From the human T2T-CHM13v2.0 reference genome, Homo sapiens, in the NCBI RefSeq assembly GCF_009914755.1, contig NC_060931.1: a stretch of 64,000 nt of DNA; one strand, 5' to 3'. The notes beneath the pieces were generated by a model. It saw only the letters and a program-made list of their open reading frames with translations. It was not told where the DNA came from and searched no databases. This document shows, piece by piece, positions 1 through 8,679 of this stretch; the stretch's first letter is position 1, and each line of letters opens with the position of its first letter. The translations under genes were made by a program, and so were the position numbers.

Positions 1-123
1 TTAGCGACCAGCTGTACCCTTTGGCTCGAAAAAAGTAGTGCTAGAGATGTGACTGTGAGCATTCGTGGGTATCTCTGTGTGCGCCAGGGGTTCGAATGGG
101 TAAACTGATCCCTGCTTTCCTGT

Positions 124-136
124 ATGCAAATTGCAT
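124..136 (+). promoter_or_regulatory. Octamer (POU) motif within a near-palindrome
   Basis: ATGCAAAT at 124-131 inside ATGCAAATTGCAT. A second octamer, ATTTGCAT, lies at 683-690. Confidence 0.4.
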
Positions 137-239
137 TCTCTTTCCCCACCCCCACTTCACCGAACGTGTTGAGGTACCTAGCACCTAATCGCGGTCAGTT
201 CTACCTACCTCTTCCTCTCACCGCGCCCCCCTCGCTCAG

Positions 240-279
240 TCTCTCTCTCTCCCTTTATCTTTCCCCTCTATCTCTCTCT
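240..279 (+). repeat. Imperfect (CT)n / polypyrimidine microsatellite
   Basis: tctctctctctccctttatctttcccctctatctctctct. Confidence 0.7.
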
Positions 280-727
280 GCTGGTGTGTACGTGTGTGAG
301 CACTGCCAGGGCTGGCGAAGAACCAGCCGCCGCCTTTAGTCCGAGCCGCCGGGCCACCCAACACAAGGGCAGGTCTCGCTGCCGGAGAAGCCTGGGCTCC
401 GAACCAGCCTGCACGCGGCTCAGTGTGCTCCGCCGCCTGGGAACTCGCACCCGAGGAGCGCAGGGGGCAAGGAGCCCCTCACCCTCCCTCTCGTCCGCCC
501 GCCCGCCTCCCCAGCTGCGGACCGCGCGCTTGCTGGTCTCAGGCGCTGGATTTACTCGCTTTTCAATTTTTCGTACCCTCCCTCCCTTTTTTTTTTGGTC
601 CCCCACTTCCCGCTACGACCCCCTTTCCCCGCTTGATTGTCAAGCCTAACCTTGCCCGCGTAGTCATGGGATGTCTAATTTTATTTGCATCTAGGCTGCT
701 GAGAGCGCTCCTTGCTCTGTAAAGTGG

Positions 728-793
728 ATGTCAGGTGGATCTATGTTTCTGAAGGAACAAAGACTCAAAGAAGGCACCGCCAAGGAAGTTTGA
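728..793 (+). other. Upstream ORF in the exon 2 5'UTR (21 aa, MSGGSMFLKEQRLKEGTAKEV)
   Basis: ATG 728, second in-frame ATG 743, TGA 791-793, ending 11 nt before the main ATG. The ORF is directly readable; translation is unproven. Confidence 0.6.
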
Positions 794-804
794 GACGCGG
801 GAGA

Positions 805-858
805 ATGCAGGCTGCGTGCTGGTACGTGCTTTTCCTCCTGCAGCCCACCGTCTACTTG
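805..858 (+). CDS. NXPH1: Neurexophilin-1, first coding segment (codons 1-18, most of the signal peptide); CDS continues in an exon beyond this window
   Basis: ATG at 805 (A at -3) reads MQAACWYVLFLLQPTVYL, which I recognise as the NXPH1 N-terminus. It ends in phase 0 at a consensus donor TTG|GTAAGT (859-864). Confidence 0.96.
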
Positions 859-1713
859 GTAAGTCTTGGAAGGTTCGGGGCTTTCGCATTTTTACCCCGG
901 CCGGGAGGCAAGGAAACTGGGGACACGCGGGAGAAGGGTTACGCCGCCAGTTCAGTGAGAGCAGCTTCCTAGCAGCTGTGTTGGAGCAACTTTGGCAAGC
1001 TGGTCTCTGGATTCCTGCGGATTTTCCGGGGTTCCCACCCCATTTTCTGCTCCAATCCCCCAGTCTCCTGCGCGTGATTCTTGAAAGGGGCTAGGGCGCC
1101 CCAGACACCCTAAACCCAAGGAGGTAGTGAGATGGGGTGCTTTATGTGATAGAGGGCCAACGAGAAGAAGTGGAAGGCAGGAACTCTCAGTAGCTCATGC
1201 ACAGAGTTTAAACGAAGGGAAGTGGGGGTGTAGTTGGGTGGTGGAAAGAACAAATCTGCCCAGGTCTGTGAGTTTAAAAGTGAATCTACCCACCCACTTC
1301 CCCGATTTGGAGATGAGACACATAAAGAAGCGCAGTTAACTTTCTTTGACTTGTAAGGGTTCCGACAGGATAAGTTTAACTATCAGGGGTACTGCAAGCA
1401 ATCGGAGTTAGGACAGAGATACTCCAGCAAACATGTCCACCTTCCTCTCGTCTCGACCTCCCCTTTTCATCAAATAACTAAATCCCATCTCCAGTGACTA
1501 GTCCATTATTAGGGAATGGTAGGCCTTGTCGCCAGGGAGAGAATTCTAAACAAAGCCGCGGTCCTTGTCCTTCAGTAGCAGAGTTTTCCGGGGGGCTGGA
1601 CTTTGTACACTGCTGGAACTCGGCTCCTGGTTGAAGAGCTTTGTTGTGGTGAATTGGTAGCTGTTTGTGCCATGTTGAGACAAGGAGAATGAGATATTTC
1701 AGGTCTGGCTTCT

Positions 1714-1743
1714 GGGGTGGGAATGGGGGAATGGGGGTAAGGG
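1714..1743 (+). other. G-quadruplex-forming motif (five G-tracts)
   Basis: GGGG-T-GGG-AAT-GGGGG-AAT-GGGGG-TAA-GGG. Confidence 0.6.
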
Positions 1744-2163
1744 ACACTTGTGCCCTGCTGGTGAAGTTGTGTTCAGTGTCCCGACCCCCATAGCCCATCC
1801 TGGGCTGCGGGAGTGCACCGAGGGCTCGCTATGTTCTGTCTAGGGGTGAGGTGCGCTAAAGCAGCCCGAACTCTCTGATGGGCTACACCTCTGATTGGAG
1901 GTGATACTGGCGCTCCTCAATCCCAAGAGCCTTAGATAGAACCCATAAGCCTGAAAGAATTGCCATCCCTACAATTGACAGCGTTTCTCGGCCGTTGCCC
2001 TGGTGCATGTGGCTGCAAAGCTGCGAGTTGTGTGAATTCTGTGTATGTGAGTGACACGTATATATATGTGTGTGTGAATGTGTATTTAACCGATTTCAGC
2101 TTCAATCCAAGAACCCTCAATGTTGCCTGTCTTTGCCCCTTTATCGCCTGACCGTAGCAGCCG

Positions 2164-2182
2164 CGGACGCCAGAGGGCGCTG
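2164..2182 (+). promoter_or_regulatory. CTCF motif
   Basis: CGGACGCCAGAGGGCGCTG matches the CTCF core (CCASYAGRKGGCRS type) in a CpG-retaining patch. Confidence 0.6.
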
Positions 2183-5100
2183 CGCATCAGCGTCCTCGCC
2201 CACAGGACACCTTGGGGTAAACAGGTGAAAGCCAGGGCAGCCAATCCGAAAGAACAGCCTTTCTGACTCTGTCACCGAAGTCTGTGCCTTTACCCGCTGG
2301 AACGCAGGCGGAATGCAAAAAGTGTCCTTCCCATTTCCCATCTTCAATCATTTTCACCCCCACCTGTGTTCAGTAAGCCCACTGACATTGAGAGACCATG
2401 GATGGAGGGCAGAAAGTTTGGCCAGAAGAAATATAGAATTTTTTTATTGAGAGATGGGGGGAGGGAATGCAAAGTGAAAGCGACGGGGGCGGGGGGGAGG
2501 TAATTTTAAGGATTCCCTTGACCATCGTAACCCGCTTGCCCTTTTCCTCTGCATACCTTTACGCCTGACCTGAACTTGAGGACTGTTCTTACGTCCTTGG
2601 GCTGTGCTCACACACACGGCAAGGGCTTGTGGCTATGGTGCAGTTTATTGCTTGGAGCAAGTATTTCGATAGTCTGGAAAATAATCTATCAAAAGCAGAA
2701 GTGAAATCAATACTTTGTGTTAAATTTTAAATGTGTTTGTTGGCAGTTAAACCGTTTTCCACTCATTACAACAACAGTGCTGGATTTATTCTAATGCGCT
2801 GCGTTCTCAACAACAAGCGCATTAATTCTCCTTTAATTGTAAACTGGGAGCATTTGAAAACCATTCAGTGTGCAAATTATGCTGATTCAATTACCGTTTA
2901 GTCACAGACTTCATTACCTGAATGCCTTTTGGCAATACAGAGAAAGGAGACAATTTTTCCAATTTCACTCAAAACAATACGAAATGTGAACAATAAAATA
3001 GAGAAGGCTATTTAGAAGTCCGTTCTTTTTTCTCCAATCTAAAGTACTTTTGTGTGTCGGGGACTAGAAACCACATGCACCACAAAAACTACAGCTGATG
3101 GCTGTGACCCAAGGCAGTATTTCCAGGGATTGTAATCCCATGGATATTTGCCAGCAGAATTCCGAGCTGTTTTCCTGAAGGAGCAAAAAGCTGACTTCTA
3201 CCATGGAAATGAATTTAAAAGGGTGAATTGGGCAGTCATTTCGGGATGGTTTTAGGCAAATAAAGAAGTAGAGAGCCTTGATTAAAACTCTAGGGCAATG
3301 AACCGATCAAGAAGTGATCAAGGCTTCTTTCTTCATCTATTTCATTAAATACCAGATACAGTTAACTGGATTGATCATTTGTTTGTAGCTGCACATTGGA
3401 AGATCTTATCCCTTTGTAAGAACCTGCACTGGATGCATACAGATTGTCAGGAGCTGCTTTAAGTTACATTCAAAGAAGGCAAGAGTGGCAAAACCATTAT
3501 TTTAATTTTCTCTTGAACTGACATAAGCCAGGGAAGAATTTGATGGATAATTTTTGTCTTTGTGAGCTCACACCACTAGTTAAGTGCCTGCATCACTCTG
3601 TTTATGCCTTACCTCTTAGCTGATATCTCAGTGCACCTTGACCTTTAAGCCCATGGTATCCTAGTTATGTTTCCCAGGGAGTAATCACCACATTAAGTCC
3701 ATGAAACAAGACTTGTCTAGTTATCTCCTAAAGAAATATTTAGGCTTCTGTTTAAAGTGAATACCTTAAATACCCCCAAATTTGAGAATAACTTCTTATG
3801 AAAACTCTGCAGTAGGTCAATGCCCCACACCAAGCCACAGTTTCCTACCTGTATTTGGGTGAATGTTTGCAACGTATGTTTCTGGGCCCGGGATTCTTTG
3901 AATGCTTTAGGTTGAGGATTTTTGTGTTTTTTGAGAGACAAGTCTGTCCTAGTTCAAAATAGAAGCTTATTTTAGTACTTTAATGGGAAACTAATTAGAT
4001 ATGTGCCCACAGAGTTACCTTCTGAAGCATGTTAGCTGGAATACTCAAAATCCACCACAGGACAAGCTCCAGCCATAAATGCATGGGGGTGGGAAACTAA
4101 CTTTTAAAAATAAAGGTAAATAAAATTTCAGACTATTGAATGTTATGTATTGCAGATTTAAAAGCCTGAATTCAATAGGAGAGAAGTCTATGGTTAACAA
4201 CGCTTATTAAAAATAATAAAAAAGTTTTGCAATCTTTATTCTCTTATTATTCCTGGACCAATTCCAGGATATTTTCAGTATGATACAATGGGATGGCAGG
4301 ATGATAGCATTTTAACTTTATTGAAGCATATATTGAATCAGCTAGAAAAATATGGTTCCTTGCTCTGAAGAGTGGGGGTTCTAACTTGAATCAGCCTCAT
4401 TGGATCAAGTAGAAGGATAGGCCAGGACACCAGGAAAGCATCTCCCACAGGGTGTGGCATTCTGTTTGGGGGCTCACCTGTGGTAACTCTCAGTTAGAGA
4501 GGTGAGTCTAATGAGCACTTTCTGAGCATGCTAATGAAAAAGTTACTCAGAAATTGAATCCAATGCATCCGACAAGGCATTGTATAAAGTTACTGTGACT
4601 AGTCACCCATCCACAGCTCTATTCTAATGAGAAGGGGTCCCACCATTTCTGCTAGGAATTAAATTGCTAATAATCAAGTTGCTTTTTAAATCAAAATAGG
4701 CATGAATTAAAAATCCTTTCTAAACTTGTGCCACATTATGAGCCATCTATTCTCTCAAATTTGGGATATCCTTAAAATGTGAATTCTACACCAATTGTTT
4801 AATAGAGTTTGGAGAGTAATTAATGTATCTATGGGACCACTACCTCTGCACTGTTAAAAGCTAGATCATTTGGGTGAAATCCACTCATTATGAAGATGGC
4901 TGTTAAGGTATATTGGAGCTGGGGGAAAAGCAGAGGGAGAGAGACCAGCAATGTCTTTTCTTTGGACTAGGTATGTGTGCTTCTCATTCTTTAAAAATTA
5001 AGCCAGCTGCACACTGAAAATTCTAATCAATTTGAGCTTATTACTGAAAATAAACAAAATAAAATAAATTTCCTGACAGTGGCTATTAAGTGTTCCCTAT

Positions 5101-7015
5101 TAAGGCTAGTTCTTGGAGGCAGTACTAAAAGTTTCTCATTCCACTGCATTTCCTGACTCTTCTACTACAGACCAGCCTTTTAGATACATACGGGATTCAG
5201 ACTAGATTTTTGGAAGGCCCTCTACCCCAGAAGCACAGCCTTAGAACTCATCAGTTTTAAGATGTATTCCTGAGCTCTGGGGGACACAGAAGTTGCTACT
5301 ATTCTAGGCATTTCCCTGAAATGTTCAACTTTCCATTGACCAAGAAAGCAGCTCGCCCAAGTGTGTGGGAAGCACTTGGGTGGGACACTTTTCTGCCCCA
5401 TTTCCAGAAGGATTATCTTGGTCTGAGGCCTTCTAGTGACAGCTTTAGAGAAGCTGACTTTAGTATTCGGAGAGAACCAGGATTGCTCCAACTTTCTCAG
5501 CGGTATTTTTTCGGAAAGCCATTAAATTCGTGGCTCCTCTGTGCGAAGTTGATTTCTATTTGGCTTTGAATTGTTGACGGCTATTTCTTCCTTAATGAAA
5601 GTGTTGTCTGGGTGAAAAATATATCAGGTGGCTGGGAAATTGGTTGATTTTTTTTTGAGATAGGTGCCCAGTGTCCTATTTTTCTATCTGAGGAAAGATT
5701 TTCTGCAGACTACAGAAATTGACAGCATTGTCCGGGTAATAACCGTCGTCGACAATATTTTCGAAAGGGCATTTGAGTGCCGAAAGCATTTGGATATTGC
5801 TTTTTCCAATAAGAAATTTTCTGCCCTGAGCTTCTTTGATTTTATAGGGGGTGGGGAGTTGACTAGGGGGGCGATGGGGAAGAAGGAACCTCGCATTGGC
5901 AAAGAGATGCCTTCCCCATCCTCCCAGTCCTGGAATACCAAGGTGCTTGTCAGCTTCACCTGGAATTCCTGGATCTGAAGAGCCCTCAAATAATTCGGCT
6001 GCGAGTCAAAAGGGAATTTCAGGAATGAGGAATAACACTCTTCTTGCGCTCCTGTAAAGCAAGTGATGGAAGCTCTGAAAGTTTGCCTGCTCTCAAGTGG
6101 GAAGTTAGGAAGTGTGCGTTCTTTCTGATTTTTTTAAAAATAAAAAGTGTCTAGCTTTGATTCGATTCAGGAAAGCTCCTCTTGGGCAACCATTGTCCGT
6201 TAGGGGCTTCAGATCTCATTTTAAGACCTTAACAGTCCTCGCCGTTCTAATTAAGGAAAGGCAGGCGAGCCTGCCAGCCGAGAGCGGTTGGGTCAGCGGC
6301 TTCATGGTGCAGCCGAGTCTCAAAGCGGGTCTGCACTCTCGCCTCCCTCTGCATTCTCTTAGCCACTATTTGCCTGGTCCCGTCGCGTGTGTGCAGGAAG
6401 TTTCAGTCTTGATTTATCCACTAGTCAAGTTCCCGACCAGCTCTTTTTCTGGATGTCAGCACTAACCCCCTCCCGGAGCTTGGTAAACACAGCGCGCGCA
6501 TTTTTCTGCCTCAGATTGGCATGTTGACGACTCTGCTTGAAGGAATGTGACAATAAAGTGGGAAACCAAAGCTTGGCAAGCACTTAATCAAGGATAAAAA
6601 GGTTCCGTTGTAAGGATGTCACTCAATTTATTGTGAAAGTCGAATGAATTACGTTTAATGAAAGTGCTCCCCAGATGAATATTACCAGCAATTTCCTGAG
6701 TTGGCTCTGTCAGCTCGAGATGAGGAAATGCCAACCCAGATCAGAAAAGAGCGCCCGTCTCAATTACTATGCAAGCTTTCCAAGAGCGGCTTTTTATTGA
6801 GATAATATATTTTGGCGGCTTCTTCAAACCCCTCCGCGCGCCCAAGAGCGCGTTTGCGCATTTTCCAAGTTTGCCCTGCCCTCGCGGGTTGGTGGCTGTT
6901 GTTTAAACTTCTGATGAGCGCGCTGCGTTTCTGCTACGGGATGAAAACCTAATTACCTCCTCTGCAAAGAGCTTTCCCTAGTATATTTTATTGATTGCGG
7001 AGGTGGGAGCCGGCA

Positions 7016-7044
7016 GGGGGTCTGTGGGGGTGGGCGGGGAGGGG
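7016..7044 (+). other. Strong G-quadruplex motif
   Basis: GGGGG-TCTGT-GGGGG-T-GGG-C-GGGG-A-GGGG; the last four tracts have 1-nt loops. Confidence 0.65.
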
Positions 7045-8064
7045 ATTCTCTTGCTCCGGTGCCCTCTGTTGCCGAAAGTTCCTTAGGCGTCTAGTCAGGG
7101 GTTCGGAGTGGTGGAAAGCGAGATGGCGTTGGGAGCCAGGGCGTTGGGACGGCACAAGCAGTGGGGTCCCAGGAGCAGCAAGACAGTAGCTCCTCTCGGG
7201 CCACGGCTTACGAAAAGCTTTCCTAGCTCCTTCTTCCTATAAATTAATGAGGGTATTTTACTCGTTCAAGCCGGAAATACGATGGGGAGGGGGAGACACA
7301 GGCCGCATCCAGAGCGCATCGCCTCATCTGCATGAGAATGGAGAACCGGGAGGCTTTTCTTGTACTGTTTCTTTCTCCCACAATAAGACAAATTGCTGCT
7401 TAGAAAAACTGAGTGTTTCCTTAGAAACTGGCTTGCGGGAGCTCTGCGCGTCCCCGCTGAACCTGCCTCTGGCCGCGCCTCGCCATCACCCCCGCCGCCC
7501 TAATGGATTCTGAAGCGAAGGATCCTAGCTGCCGCGGCTAAGGGCGCAGGGGGAGGCCGCGCGTCCTCGCCACACCGGAAGGAGAGGGCATCCGGCTCAC
7601 ACATCCCACCCTATGTCTTAGACCCCGTCCTCACACATTGACTTTAAAAGGCCATTTTCCTTCGTCTTCTACAAGAAGCAAGAAACTTTTTTCGACGTAG
7701 GCTTCATACCCTCCCTTCGGAAACTCAGTCCGCTGACCAAAGCCGCAGTGTTCAGGCCCCGGGGTTTCCCAGCCGTAGTGGCCGCCGCCACAGCTGCGCG
7801 CTTTATTGTCTGCTTTCAGTCGCAGGTGACCTCGAGCGATCTCGACAGGTTTATGGAAACACAGATGCAGCCCTCTCGCGTCCGGAGCCCAAGTCCCCAT
7901 GCAAAAGCGCTGTTTCTGGGTAATTTTCGTCGACGCCACCAAGCTTCGGTGCTTTTGGGACAGCGGGCTGGATAGCGGCAGTTCTCGGGAGAATAGGCCG
8001 CGGGCTATAAGATTTGATCGCGGGCAGGCGGGCGTGGGGCACGCCAGGGCCGGGAGAGCGACTC

Positions 8065-8085
8065 TTCAGCACCACGGCCAGCGCC
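8065..8085 (+). promoter_or_regulatory. RE1/NRSE (REST binding site)
   Basis: TTCAGCACCACGGCCAGCGCC is 20/21 identical to the canonical TTCAGCACCACGGACAGCGCC and lies in a neuronal gene. Confidence 0.85.
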
Positions 8086-8339
8086 ACAGGCTCCGCCCCG
8101 CCTGGTGCCAGCAGTAGGGCCTGCCTCCCCCGCTGCCGCTCCGGCTGGGTCCTTAAAGTCGAGTTAGCACTCTCGGTTTCCGCAGATACCTCCTCAAGGC
8201 CCGCTCGCGACTGTGACGACCCGCCTACCCCTTCCAGCTATTCGGGGGGCAGCTAGCTCCCGTCTCTAGGTCCCCAGCATGACCTGCGGTCAGAAACTCT
8301 TGCTTGCACCCCTCTCCATTACCACACTCAGTGGTTGCG

Positions 8340-8351
8340 GCGTCACGTGAT
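8340..8351. promoter_or_regulatory. USF/TFE-type E-box overlapping a half-CRE
   Basis: GCGTCACGTGAT contains GTCACGTGA and GCGTCA. Confidence 0.45.
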
Positions 8352-8658
8352 CACCACGGAGATTTTGCGAATCCTTCTTTTCCCCAACTTCTCCCCCTAC
8401 CCAGTCTCCCATTCTTTCACAGTTCATTAAATCTACCCCTCCCCCGAAACAGAAACGTGAAGGCTGTAACGAAGAGCTAGAAGTGTCTCTAGTAATGTAA
8501 AAGTCTCAACTGACAGACAAGGAAACTGAGGCAACCAACTTATTCGCAAGAGTAAAACCCTATGGGGAGAAGCGATTCCTGCCCCTCTTCCCCCGGCGAG
8601 GAACACGGCTGGAGCCACCCAGGCGCCTTCCAGGCTAAGGCGCCTTTAGCGGCGCGCA

Positions 8659-8679
8659 GGGGTGAGGGAGAGGGTGGGG
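8659..8679 (+). other. G-quadruplex motif
   Basis: GGGG-TGA-GGG-AGA-GGG-T-GGGG. Confidence 0.55.

Larger units (their letters stand above)
695..858 (+). other. NXPH1: NXPH1 exon 2 (164 nt: 110 nt 5'UTR + 54 nt CDS)
   Basis: Branch-point-like CTAAT 675-679, T-rich tract, acceptor TAG at 692-694, donor GTAAGT at 859. Confidence 0.88.
1..1100. promoter_or_regulatory. CpG island (3' part of the NXPH1 promoter-associated island, spanning the end of intron 1 and exon 2)
   Basis: High GC and dense CpG, especially 300-660 and 770-1100. Boundaries judged by eye. Confidence 0.75.

Noticed and set aside
859-972. Read-through of the NXPH1 frame past codon 18 (VSLGRFG...)
   Set aside because: Intronic sequence after a consensus GTAAGT donor; it does not match the known NXPH1 continuation.
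5858-5876. CTCF-like GACTAGGGGGGCGA (similar site at 221-238)
   Set aside because: Six Gs rather than five put the conserved C out of register.
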